64,000 nt of DNA from Neoechinorhynchus agilis (lineage: Eukaryota; Animalia; Acanthocephala): NCBI GenBank assembly GCA_051530055.1, contig CM121341.1:3631761-3695760 (forward strand), written 5' to 3'. Made by a program: the position numbers and the translations under genes. The notes beneath the pieces were generated by a model that saw only the letters and a program-made list of their open reading frames with translations, made no database searches and had not been told where the DNA came from. Below, in pieces: positions 1-13,096 of the stretch (the first letter of the stretch is position 1; each line of letters opens with the position of its first letter).

Positions 1-3000
1 ACGTCACTCGATCGACCAACGCTGAAGTCGCATTTAAATAAAAGTCAACAGCATTCATTTCAAAAAAGAACGCGTCGACCTTTTTTCGTTGGTTTTTTGT
101 TCTAAATGAACGTGAGTGTTGAACATTTGTTGAGATTACGTCACGACCAAAAACGACGGGGCAGAAACGTTCTATGCGATGAAGTCACTCGATTGACCAA
201 CGTTTAAGTAGATATTTTTTAAATAAAAGTCAGCAGGATTCTTTTCTAAAAACCAACGCGTCGACCTTTTTCCGTCGATTTCTTTCTAAACGAACGTGAG
301 TTTTGAACATTTGTTGAGATTACGTCACGACCAAAAACGACGGGGCAGAAACGTTCAATGCGATGATGTCACTCGATTGACCAACGTTTAAGTAGATATT
401 TTTTAAATAAAAGTCAGCAGGATTCTTTTTTAAAAACCAACGCGTCGACCATTTTCCGTCGATTTCTTTCTAAACGAACGTGAGTTTTGAACATTTGTTG
501 AGATTACGTCACGACCAAAAAAGATAAAGCAGAAAAACGTTTTACGTTGACGTCACTCGATCGAACAACGCTGAAGTCGCATTTAAATAAAAGTCAACAG
601 CATTCATTTCAAAAAAGAACGCGTCGACCTTTTTTCGTTGGTTTTTTGTTCTAAATGAACGTGAGTTTGGAACATTTGTTGAGATTACGTCACGACCAAA
701 AAAAATAAAGCAAAAAACGCTTTACGTTGACGTCACTCGATCGACCAACGCTGAAGTCGCATTTAAATAAAAGTCAACAGGATTCATTTCAAAAAAGAAC
801 GCGCCGGCCTTTTTTCGTCGATTTCTTTCTAAACGAACGTGAGTTTAGAACATTTTTTGAAATTACGTCACGACCAAAATCGATAGGGCAGAAACGTTCT
901 TTGCGATGACGTCACTCGATCGACCAACGCTCAGGTCGCATTTAACTAAAAGTCAACAGGATTCATTTCAAAAAAGAACGCGTCGACCTTTTTTCGTCGA
1001 TTTCTTTATAAACGAATGTGAGTTTTGAACATTTGTTGAGATTACGTCACGACCAAAATCGATAGGGCAGAAACGTTCTATGCGATGACGTCACTCGATT
1101 TACCAACGTTCAAGTCGCATTTTTTAAGTAAAAGTCAGCAGGATTCATTTTAAAAAAGAACGCGTCGACCTTTTCTCGTCGATTTCTTTCTAAACGAACG
1201 TGAGTTTTGAACATTTGTTGAGATTACGTCACGACCAAAAAAGATAAAGCAGAAAAACGTTTTACGTTGACGTCACTCGATCGACCAACGCTCAAGTCGC
1301 ATTTAAATAAAAGTCAACAGGATTCATTTCAAAAAAGAACGCGTCGACCTTTTTTCGTCGATTTCTTTATAAACGAATGTGAGTTTTGAACATTTGTTGA
1401 GATTACGTCACGACCAAAAAAGATAAAGCAGAAACGTTCTATGCGTTGACGTCACTCGATCGACCAACGCTCAAGTCGCATTTAACTAAAAGTCAACAGG
1501 ATTCATTTCAAAAAAGAACGCGTCGACCTTTTTTCGTCGATTTCTTTTTAAACGAACGTGAGTTTTGAACATTTGTTGAGATTACGTCACGACCAAAAAA
1601 GATAAAGCAGAAAAACGTTTTACGTTGACGTCACTCGATCGAACAACGCTGAAGTCGCATTTAGATAAAAGTCAACAGGATTCATTTCAAAAAAGAACGC
1701 GTCGACCTTTTTCGTTGGTTTTTTGTTCTAAACGAACGTGAGTTTGGAACATTTGTTGAGATTACGTCACGACCAAAAAAGATAAAGCAGAAAAACGTTT
1801 TACGTTGACGTCACTCGATCGAGCAACGCTGAAGTCGCATTTAGATAAAAGTCAACAGGATTCATTTCAAAAAAGAACGCGTCGACCTTTTTCGTTGGTT
1901 TTTTGTTCTAAACGAACGTGAGTTTGGAACATTTGTTGAGATTACGTCACGACCAAAAAAGATAAAGCAGAAAAACGTTTTACGTTGACGTCACTCGATC
2001 GAGCAACGCTGAAGTCGCATTTAAATAAAAGTCAACAGGATTCATTTCAAAAAAGAACGCGTCGACCTTTTTCGTTGGTTTTTTTCTAAACGAACGTGAG
2101 TTTGGAACATTTGTTGAGATTACGTCACGACCAAAAAAGATAAAGCAGAAAAACGTTTTACGTTGACGTCACTCGATCGAACAACGCTGAAGTCGCATTT
2201 AAATAAGTCAACAGGATTCATTTCAAAAAAGAACGCGTCGACCTTTTTCGTTGGTTTTTTGTTCTAAACGAACGTGAGTTTGGAACATTTGTTGAGATTA
2301 CGTCACGACCAAAAAAGATAAAGCAGAAAAACGTTTTACGTTGACGTCACTCGATCGAACAACGCTGAAGTCGCATTTAAATAAAAGTCAACAGGATTCA
2401 TTTCAAAAAAGAACGCGTCGACCTTTTTCGTTGGTTTTTTGTTCTAAACGAACGTGAGTTTGGAACATTTGTTGAGATTACGTCACGACCAAAAAAGATA
2501 AAGCAGAAAAACGTTTTACGTTGACGTCACTCGATCGAACAACGCTGAAGTCGCATTTAAATAAAAGTCAACAGGATTCATTTCAAAAAAGAACGCGTCG
2601 ACCTTTTTCGTTGGTTTTTTGTTCTAAACGAACGTGAGTTTGGAACATTTGTGAGATTACGTCACGACCAAAAAAGATAAAGCAGAAAAACGTTTTACGT
2701 TGACGTCACTCGATCGAGCAACGCTGAAGTCGCATTTAAATAAAAGTCAACAGGATTCATTTCAAAAAAGAACGCGTCGACCTTTTTCGTTGGTTTTTTG
2801 TTCTAAACGAACGTGAGTTTGGAACATTTGTTGAGATTACGTCACGACCAAAAAAGATAAAGCAGAAAAACGTTTTACGTTGACGTCACTCGATCGAACA
2901 ACGCTGAAGTCGCATTTAGATAAAAGTCAACAGGATTCATTTCAAAAAAGAACGCGTCGACCTTTTTCGTTGGTTTTTTGTTCTAAACGAACGTGAGTTT

Positions 3001-6000
3001 GGAACATTTGTTGAGATTACGTCACGACCAAAAAAGATAAAGCAGAAAAACGTTTTACGTTGACGTCACTCGATCGAGCAACGCTGAAGTCGCATTTAAA
3101 TAAAAGTCAACAGGATTCATTTCAAAAAAGAACGCGTCGACCTTTTTCGTTGGTTTTTGTTCTAAACGAACGTGAGTTTGGAACATTTGTTGAGATTACG
3201 TCACGACCAAAAAGATAAAGCAGAAAAACGTTTTACGTTGACGTCACTCGATCGAACAACGCTGAAGTCGCATTTAAATAAAAGTCAACAGGATTCATTT
3301 CAAAAAAGAACGCGTCGACCTTTTTCGTTGGTTTTTGTTCTAAACGAACGTGAGTTTGGAACATTTGTTGAGATTACGTCACGACCAAAAAAGATAAAGC
3401 AGAAAAACGTTTTACGTTGACGTCACTCGATCGAACAACGCTGAAGTCGCATTTAGATAAAAGTCAACAGGATTCATTTCAAAAAAGAACGCGTCGACCT
3501 TTTTCGTTGGTTTTTTGTTCTAAACGAACGTGAGTTTGGAACATTTGTTGAGATTACGTCACGACCAAAAAAGATAAAGCAGAAAAACGTTTTACGTTGA
3601 CGTCACTCGATCGAACAACGCTGAAGTCGCATTTAGATAAAAGTCAACAGGATTCATTTCAAAAAAGAACGCGTCGACCTTTTTCGTTGGTTTTTTGTTC
3701 TAAACGAACGTGAGTTTGGAACATTTGTTGAGATTACGTCACGACCAAAAAAGATAAAGCAGAAAAACGTTTTACGTTGACGTCACTCGATCGAACAACG
3801 CTGAAGTCGCATTTAGATAAAAGTCAACAGCATTCATTTCAAAAAAGAACGCGTCGACCTTTTTTCGTTGGTTTTTTGTTCTAAACGAACGTGAGTTTGG
3901 AACATTTGTTGAGATTACGTCACGACCAAAAAAAATAAAGCAAAAAACGCTTTACGTTGACGTCACTCGATCGAACAACGCTGAAGTCGCATTTAAATAA
4001 AAGTCAGCAGGATTCTTTTTTAAAAACCCGATCTTTTCGTTGGTTTTTTGTTCTAAACGAACGTGAGTTTGGAACATTTGTTGAGATTACGTCACGACCA
4101 AAAATAAAGCAGAAAAACGTTTTACGTTGACGTCACTCGATCGAACAACGCTGAAGTCGCATTTAAATAAAAGTCAACAGGATTCATTTCAAAAAAGAAC
4201 GCGTCGACCTTTTTTCGTCGATTTCTTTTTTCTAAACGAACGTGAGTTTGGAACATTTGTTGAGATTACGTCACGACCAAAAAAGATAAAGCAGAAAAAC
4301 GTTTTACGTTGACGTCACTCGATCGAACAACGCTGAAGTCGCATTTAGATAAAAGTCAACAGGATTCATTTCAAAAAAGAACGCGTCGACCTTTTTCGTT
4401 GGTTTTTTGTTCTAAACGAACGTGAGATTTTAACATTTGTTTAGATTACGTCACACCAAAAAAAATAAAGCAAAAAACGCTTTACGTTGAAGTCACTCGA
4501 TCGAACAACGCTGAAGTCGCATTTAGATAAAAGTCAACAGGATTCATTTCAAAAAAGAACCCGTCGACCTTTTTTCGTCGATTTCTTTCTAAACGAACGT
4601 GAGTTTAGAACATTTTTTGAAATTACGTCACGACCAAAAACGATAAAGCAAAAAACGCTTTACGTTGACGTCACTCGATCGACCAACGCTGAAGTCGCAT
4701 TTAAATAAAAGTCAACAGCATTCATTTCCAAAAAGAACGCGTCGACCTTTTTCGTCGATTTCTTTCTAAACGAACGTGAGTTTTATACATTTGTTGAGAT
4801 TACGTCACGACCAAAAACGATAAAGCAGAAAAACGTTTTGCGTTTACGTCACTCGATCGACCAACGCTCAAGTCGCATTTAAATAAAAGTCAACAGGATT
4901 CATTTCAAAAACGAACGCGTCGACCTTTTTTCGTCGATTTCTTTCTAAACGAATGTGAGTTTTTAACATTTGCTAAGATTACGTCACGACCAAAAATAAT
5001 AGGAGAGAAACGTTCAATGCGATGACGTCACTCGATCGACCAACGTTTAAGTAGAATTTTTTTAAATAAAAGTCAACAGGATTCATTTAAAAAAAGAACG
5101 CGCCGGCCTTTTTTCGTCGATTTCTTTCTAAACGAATGTGAGTTTTGAACATTCGTTGAGATTACGTCACGACCAAAAACGATAAAGCAAAAAAACGTTT
5201 TACGTTGACGTCACTCGATCGACCAACGCTCAAGTCGCATTTAAATAAAAGTCAGCAGGATTCATTTAAAAAAAGAACACGTCGACTTTTTTCGTCGATT
5301 TCTTTCTAAACGAACGTGAGTTTTGAACATTTGTTGAGATTACGTCACGACCAAAAACGATAAAGCAAAAAAACGTTTTACGTTGACGTCACTCGATCGA
5401 CCAACACTCAAGTCGCATTTTAATAAAAGTCAGCAGGATTCATTTCAAAAAAGAACGCGTCGACGTTTTTTCGTCGATTTCTTTCTAAACGAACGTGAGT
5501 TTTGAACATTTGTTGAGATTACGTCACGACCAAAAACGATAAAGCAGAAAAACGTTTTACGTTGACGTCACTCCATCGACCAACGCTCAAGTCGCATTTA
5601 AATAAAAGTCAGCAGGATTCATTTCAAAAAAGAACGCGTCGACGTTTTTTCGTCGATTTCTTTCTAAACGAATGTGAGTTTTGAACATTGTTGAGATTAC
5701 GTCACGACCAAAAACGATAAAGCAGAAAAACGTTTTACGTTGACGTCACTCCATCGACCAACGCTCAAGTCGCATTTAAATAAAAGTCAGCAGGATTCAT
5801 TTCAAAAAAGAACGCGCCGGCCTTTTTTCGTCGATTTCTTTCTAAACGAACGTGAGTTTTGAACATTTGTTGAGATTACGTCACGACCAAAAACGATAAA
5901 GCAAAAAAACGTTTTACGTTGACGTCACTCGATCGACCAACGCTCAAGTCGCATTTAAATAAAAGTCAGCAGGATTCATTTCAAAAAAGAACGCGTCGAC

Positions 6001-6694
6001 GTTTTTTCGTCGATTTCTTTCTAAACGAACGTGAGTTTTGAACATTTGTTGAGATTACGTCACGACCAAAAACGATAAAGCAGAAAAACGTTTTACGTTG
6101 ACGTCACTCCATCGACCAACGCTCAAGTCGCATTTAAATAAAAGTCAGCAGGATTCATTTCAAAAAAGAACGCGTCGACCTTTTTTGCGTCGATTTCTTT
6201 CTAAACGAACGTGAGTTTTATACATTTGTTGAGATTACGTCACGACCAAAAACGATAAAGCAGAAAAACGTTTTACGTTGACGTCACTCGATCGAACAAC
6301 GCTGAAGTCGCATTTAAACAAAAGTTAGCAGGATTCATTTCAAAAAAGAACGCGCCGGCCTTTTTTCGTCGATTTCTTTCTAAACGAATGTGAGTTTTGA
6401 ACATTCGTTGAGATTACGTCACGACCAAAAATAATAGGAGAGAAACGTTCAATGCGATGACGTCACTCGATCGACCAACGTTTAAGTAGAATTTTTTTAA
6501 ATAAAAGTCAACAGGATTCATGTTAAAAAAGAACGCGTCGACGTTTTTTCGTCGATTTGTTTCTAAACGAACGTGAGTTTTGAATATTTGTTGAGATTAC
6601 GTCACGACCAAAAACGACACGGCAGAAACGTTCTATGCGGTGACGTCACTCGATCGACCAACGTTTAAGTCGCATTTTTTAAATAAAAGTCAAC
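1..6694. repeat. Satellite A: ~37 tandem copies of a 180-bp CpG-rich unit (runs off the window start)
   Basis: TGACGTCACTCGATCG recurs at a 180-bp period (e.g. 2701, 2881, 3061). Each unit carries TGACGTCA, TTACGTCA, ACGCGT, GTCGAC and CGATCG. The last matching bases (AAATAAAAGTCAAC) end at 6694. Confidence 0.99.
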
Positions 6695-6701
6695 TTTGTC
6701 A

Positions 6702-9700
6702 ATGAATGAATTTATCCATATGAAATCGTCATCATTTGAGTGTGGTACAAATTCTCAATTGATACGCGTGGACTCTCGAAATGAACTGGACGATGAAAGC
6801 CTAATGATGTACGGATCGGATCACCGTGCTGGTCATTTAGTGATTAACGATTACCTTCTATATTGGCGTAGTCATTTAAATTCAGTGTTTGTTGTTCATC
6901 GGCCTTTGAAGGATTCATACGAGTCGACATCGACCATTCAAATCGATCTTGGCGGTCATTGCGTTACTGGCGACTGTCAGATCGTCGTGTTTCCGACTCA
7001 AATAGTGCTCGTGATTCCAACCAGGACTCATTTCGTCGTCTTAATGCCATTCACGTCCGATGAAATCATTCTTGTTCCTTATCAACAACCGTTACAAATC
7101 ACCAAATCAACCCACGTGTCCGCTTCAGCCGATGGATCAAATCTTAGAGTTTGTTTACATAATTTTGATCTGAGTCGAACCGAAGTGGTATATGTGGATC
7201 TTGTTCAAACGTCTATAGAATTCATCGCCAATACAGAAAGCATCATCCAAGCCTACGATGAACGAATCCGAACCTTGACATTTTGTAGTTTGTTATCTGA
7301 TGGATGTTTATTAACCGTAGCCGTCAATAGAGAAGGGAAAGATGTCGTTTCTATATGGCAACCGGATCTTCAACCTGTCGTTAAAAGTCTAAGCAATGCA
7401 ATCATTGGAGAAATCGTAATCCAAGAGTTCTCTAATTGCCTAAAACGAGTTAGTGACCGCCGAATCTTTGGAGAGCGAGATAAAAAGGGGGTGTTAATCG
7501 TTCAAAAACTTGATTTTTTTCTCTCTCTCGAAAGCCCTCTGATTTTTTTGCAGATTATTGTGCTCAAAATTGCTATTTTCCTCTTCTCTCAAAAGAATTG
7601 TATCTTTTTATTTTAGCCCGACGACCGTGACTTTTTTAATTCTAAAGGTGAAAAAAGCGATCCAAACGTTACCAATTCAAGATTTCTGTATGTAATTTGT
7701 CTACAATTTCTTAAAAGTTTGAGTCAGGTTCTTTTTTTCGTTTGGAAGAGAACTCTTGTTTTCGACGTTCACGAGACACAAGATTCGCTCTGTATTATTT
7801 CATCCGATTCTCAGAACATTCTCTGGGTCAAATACAATCCCGATGATTACTCACTGATTGGTCGAACCTTCGTCACTTCCGTCCCAACAACCAGAATTGT
7901 CCATACCGCCATCTTGGACAATTCAATTCTTTTAGTTGATCGACTCGAGGATAATGTGGATCACATTACTGAAATAGATGAAACTGGCCACATCGTTCAT
8001 TTCACTTGCGCTCCATACGACATTGAATTCGATTCTATTGATTCCGTTTTCATGCTAAATAGGCCTCTTGTTAACAAAGCGGCTTCTTTATGTTGTCGCT
8101 TGTCTCTTGGAGAAGTGGAATTCATGCCTGTCAGTGAGCTTCAAGTCACAATAGAAGATATGGACGTGGTTGAGAATTTTGTATGTATAGGTCGAAGGAT
8201 TTTCGCAGACCAAACGAGGATTCTTGGATTTGTTTTGATTGATCCCGATGTCCTTGTTGTGTTTCGTCAAGACAATGTCAGCGTTTCGATCCGAAGTCAT
8301 TTACTCCATTTCCCAATCAATGGTGCTTCTTGCCAATTTCGAGAATCGTGCTTCGAATCCGCTCAGCGAAAAATACACGCTTCATGCTCAAAGTCTGAAA
8401 TGAGTATAGTCACTGATGATGTGAATGAAATCGCTGAACAACTTGAAGACTACGTGAGAAATGAACTTGAAAAGTGGTCTTCATTGACTCAAAAAACCGT
8501 TGATCTTAAACTGCCAATCAAACCGATTTCATGTCTTTCTTTAATAGACGAAACATCGTTGGCTTTAGCTTCACTAAAACTTTCAATTGACGTTGAACTT
8601 GAACAGAGGTCAACTACAGAGTCCGAAAGCCATGTTTTTCGTGCTCGAATGTTGGAGTTAATTAAAATGATTATAGGAGAAGAGAAGGTAACGACTAGAG
8701 ATACCGATCCATGTGTACGGGAATTCATTGAAAAACTTTATGGTTTACAAATAAGCGAAGAAGATCAATCAATCAGTTTGGCATCTATCGCAGTTGCATT
8801 GTTTTCTAGAAGTTCTACGTTCAAGCAGAATGCAAAGACACTGATAAAAGCGTTGGCTGGTCAGACATTTGCTTATTACCTTTTCGCAAGTGGTCATTTC
8901 GCAGTCCTTAGAGATTTTTATGTCCTTGACGAATTTTGGGCCGAACGAAACCAATGTTTCGGTAACTTGATCAATGCAACTCTCACTGCGGCTCGACTTA
9001 TCCAGGACTACCATGCTGTAAATTGTGCTTTATCTTCATCTGTGTTGGACGAATGTTTACTTGTAAATGCTAGAAGTATACATTCTAATCTTTTTTATCC
9101 CATTTTTCTAGCTCTATTTCTTCGCTCTCAAAATTATCATCCTTTTATTGCGTCCGTTTATCTCGGTCTTTCTCTAAACTCTCACAATTACGGAATTCTA
9201 TGATCACATTCAACTGTGCATGATATTTTCGCTAGTTTTCCTCCGTGGTACTTTTTGCGCCATACAAAACCGAAATATAGATTCGTAAATCGTTGAGGGC
9301 ATCCTTTTCAAGAAACTATAAACAATCTAAATGTCTAGGATTAATGCATTTTCTTCTTTCAAACACCTTTATCAATCATTAGACAGTTCGATTGGTTATT
9401 TATACTTCTAGCGAATATCTCATACAGTCCCTGGTATCGAAGACCGAGTCGTCCGAGTGCGCCAGTTCATTTACCGTATGATCAATGCCCTCACCTATTT
9501 ACCGAAATCAAGAGCATGCAGTAAGTTTCTAACAGTAGCTCTCAAAACGTGTTCTCCAATTCCGGAATCGGACGAAAAATGCATTGATTGGCACCGATTC
9601 ATATTTTCTTCTTTAATAACAGACGACGACGAATCCATCTTTTCGGCTTTGAGCGCAATCGACACACTCCAATCGTCTTTTTATAAGCTTAAATCATACA

Positions 9701-10686
9701 AATCATTGTTTGAATGTCTTGTTAAGGACAATAAGTTTGATGCCGTTATTGGGATCAGCCGAGAAGAGCAGTTGGGCGACCACCCAAGCTTCCTTGATGC
9801 CGTAATGATTGGTGAGATATGCAACACTGACATCTACTCGGACCTTAAAGTTTGCTGTATGTTTGCTGAAGTTTTTGTTGATCATGGCGTTCACTACAAG
9901 GCTGCAGATATCTTAGCTGGATTCATCAGTAACAATCTTAGTAAAAGTAACGAACGTGACATTGTATCATTAACGCTGGAACGAGACATATTGAAACAAA
10001 TTTTCGACATGATACCTGGCAATGGTTTGAATGAAGTCTCAATTTTAACTGACGTTCGATTTGGAGGAAGTGGAAAAAACGAAACATTTGACGCACCGAA
10101 GCTTTCACAAAGGATTTTGTTACTTGATTGTATTATAAGTATTTCTCAGACTCATAAGTTATCGGAAATGTCTGAAATTTCAAATGTCATTAATAGACTA
10201 GTCGATTGCGACCAATACGAAAAGGCTATTGCTCTTTCGGACGCATTTCAAGTTCCAATTGATTTCAATGTAATCGCAGAACTAGTCGTGAATGGCGAAC
10301 AAGGGCAGGCTTTTTTAAAAGAGTATTTCACGCTTAATGGGAGTTATTGGAGGAAACAAGCACTTTCGGCATCACTTGAGTGTTTTATGAAAAACACTAT
10401 CGCTCCTCCTGATTGGCTGATTGAGCTCTCTCTACAACATAGTCCATCCCGCACTCTTGAAGCATTTGTCAAACACGGATTCATCTCTGAAGCCGTTGCA
10501 GTTGCTCTACATTTCCTCTCAAAACCAACAAGGGAAGTTAAACAAACTGCCAGTCTTATGCCAATGCGAATGATTTCGTCACTTCTTCGAGACTTGGACG
10601 ATCCCGGATATGGTAGTCGAATGAAAGCACAATTGGAGAGCGCAGTAGATGACTATTATAAGAAACTCGCATATACCACTTTCTAA
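6702..10686 (+). CDS. NUP160: Nucleoporin Nup160 (multi-exon)
   Basis: ORFs 6696-7616, 7719-9203 and 9457-10686 join through a GT-AG intron at 7449-7616 (phase 0), a 36-nt intron at 9076-9111 and an acceptor at 9411. Exons between 9200 and 9411 are unresolved. The N-terminus (LLYWRS...IVLVIPTRTHFVVLMP) resembles the Nup160 beta-propeller start. The C-terminus (PPDWLI...LEAFVKHGFISEAV...MPMRMISSLLRDL...VDDYYKKL) resembles the metazoan Nup160 C-terminus. First in-frame ATG is 6702 (6720 also possible). Confidence 0.85.
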
Positions 10687-11253
10687 TGACGGTCCATTTC
10701 GAGCTACAATACTGGGATAGGTTGTGAGTACTCTTTTGTCTTAAATTCCATCATTTGTATTTAACATTAAAAAGTAAAGTGCTATTATTAAAATATTGAT
10801 TATAAAAAAACACAAAGTTTTGCAATAGTTTTCCATTTCTGAAAAATAAAACAGTGCTCATGATTTTAAGCATTTCGAAATTTGTATTTAAAATTTTATC
10901 CATAAATATTTTATACAGGTTCACAACATTTAAAAGTCCTTCATAAATTTTAATTTACGCTCAGCAAAAATGATTGATTCTTTTTTGAGATTCAGCTGCA
11001 AAAGTCGGACGCTCGTTAGGGTCTGTAGGTCGACTGTTAGAGCGCTCGCAATTGGAGGAACTGCTCCTTTCTAAAAGGAAAAGTGACGCAGTTCTCAATC
11101 TGAATCTCGAATGTTTCCTAGCGGTCCACTTGTTTTCCCTCTAAACACAAAAAGTTCCTAAATTTCTACGAAGCTCAATTTAGAGAGTTTGACTGAAATA
11201 GGAGAATAAACAATATTTCTAAATAATTAAAAATAGAGGGGATCTTTCCTTCG

Positions 11254-11525
11254 ACAGTGTTTTGGGCGACTGTCAATGAACCAATTGAACGCTTAACTAA
11301 CAAGTGTTTTACACTTCAGAAGGACATTCGTCGAGCTTTTGTATGAAAAATCACTGCAGACTTTCAATGATTTCTCAAGAGTCATTCAAGTTTCCTTACG
11401 TTCTGCTTTTGAGAAATCATAGAAAGTTTTCAGCGACACTTCACAAGAAAGTCCGACGTTTTGAAATATTGAAAGTTTGTTAGTCAACCTTTCAATTGGA
11501 TCATTAACAATCGCCATAAAGACTA
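11254..11525. other. Tail-to-tail inverted duplication of an unidentified coding segment
   Basis: The + arm (11254-11381) reads VFWATVNEPIERLTNK...LLYEKSLQTFNDFSR. The - arm (11525-11406) reads VFMAIVNDPIERLTNK...LSCEVSLKTFYDFSK. Differences are mostly at third codon positions, and the + arm has a 7-nt frameshifting insertion. Confidence 0.7.
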
Positions 11526-12599
11526 ACGATAGCTCGTATGGAGCTGATTCCAGTCGGCCAAGAGATCGTTGAAGGGATGAATCGCCGGTTTGAAGTGGAA
11601 GATGACATATTCTAATTTTAAGTTGATTGACCAAAAAGTGGAGGGCTCTCACTTCAGTGATTTTTCCAAATTATAAGCTCAGTTGTTCAAACCAATCGAG
11701 AGGATAAATTATAATATTAGAACTTGAGCAAAATTGGGAATTTTTTCTGAAGTCGAAGATGGCATATTCTAATTTTAAGTTGATTAACTAAGAAAATTCA
11801 AAAAAATAGAAAGAGAATTTTAGTTTAGAATTCAGGCGATTTCCGATTCGGATCTTTTTTTTTCTAAACGGATTCACTTAAATGTCCAGGTGTGAATGTC
11901 ATTTTAATATTAAAATTAACAAATGTGTTGTGGTTTTAAACATATTTTTAACGCTGCTTTTCCTATGTTGTTCTATTGTGTGTTTCTTTTGATAGCTATA
12001 ATTAAACATTGGACTTTTTCTCGAAATTATTAAAATTAATTTTGCTTTAGTGAAGATAAAATGCATCTTAGATTATCAATTTTTACGGGAAAATGGAGCG
12101 TTTTAAACCACTAATTCGGTTCGCCGGGACCGTTTATCAAAGTTTGAAGCCGCGTAACTGTTCCCGAAATCGATATTCTTAGTGTCTCTGTCCATTCGTC
12201 GCTGTCGTTCATCTTCAATCATGGTTCAATGACTGATAAGTGATTAAACAGTAATTGGTTTGAATAGTTTCCACTTTCGTCACAGTCGATAGTAAAAAGG
12301 AAATTTCATTAAAGACGCATTGCAATGAAGTTAGTTGAAAATTTGGATTAATTGTCTTAGGCGATTAATCCTTTGAGGTATTTGAACTGGGATCTGTGAT
12401 TAATTTTACCTTTTTGATTTATTTTAGTGTCTTTTTTCGCCAATTGTTAAAATATTTAAGCGATAGTATTTCCCCTTCACAATTATAGACGTTTCAAATA
12501 TGAGATTACTGGATATTTTCTATGGTGTTTGTTCTCAAAAAGAAAGCAATTTTCAAGCTTTATAACCTGCGCCCGCAATTTCTAATTCTATTCTTCGAT

Positions 12600-12960
12600 A
12601 TTCATTTATCTACGATTGAATTTTTTAGCTTCACAACTCAAAAAGTCTACGAATGGGTTTTAATTTATCTTGAAATTTGTCACGTCCCATCTTCGGGCAA
12701 CGCTTTTTCTCAGTTGGATGAAACGTTGAAATCCATTCACTATTGTCCTTCGGTTGAAAAGGCTTGCCAATTGTAAAACTGGCTGGAATGCCTCGATTTC
12801 TTGTTTATATTGTAAAATAATCTTCTATTAGCGAATTATAATATTTGATTTATTTTTGATAAATTTCGGCTTTTGCGTAGGCCTTCTTCAGTCTACTGCT
12901 CTTGTAAGTTTTCAAAAATATTCGAGTTTCGTTATAAAAAAAGTAGTTAATTTCATTTCT
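12600..12960 (-). mobile_element. Possible piggyBac-type transposase remnant
   Basis: The minus frame reads ...KMGRDKFQDKLKPIRRLFEL (12690-12634), resembling the piggyBac MSRxRF and DKLxPIRxLF motifs with the intervening segment deleted. Several in-frame stops; no clear DDD residues or TTAA-flanked termini were found. Confidence 0.35.
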
Positions 12961-13096
12961 ATTTCCGCCTTCGCGGCTATTTTCGCGATTTTCATAGAGA
13001 TGATTGTACCAAACCTGAATCCTTCATCAATCCGCCATAAAATACACCACACTAAAGATTGACTTGTTCGGCCCGAAAACAACCTTGATAACAAGA

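Noticed and set aside
1700-1730. CENP-B-box-like TTCGTTGG in satellite A
   Set aside because: Only the first half matches; the essential A and CGGG positions are absent.
727-4708. Repeated short ORFs (MTSLDRTTLKSHL...) in satellite A, and similar ORFs in satellites D, E and F
   Set aside because: They start at TTG, open and close with single-base indels between units, and show no codon-position bias. They are chance frames in tandem repeats.
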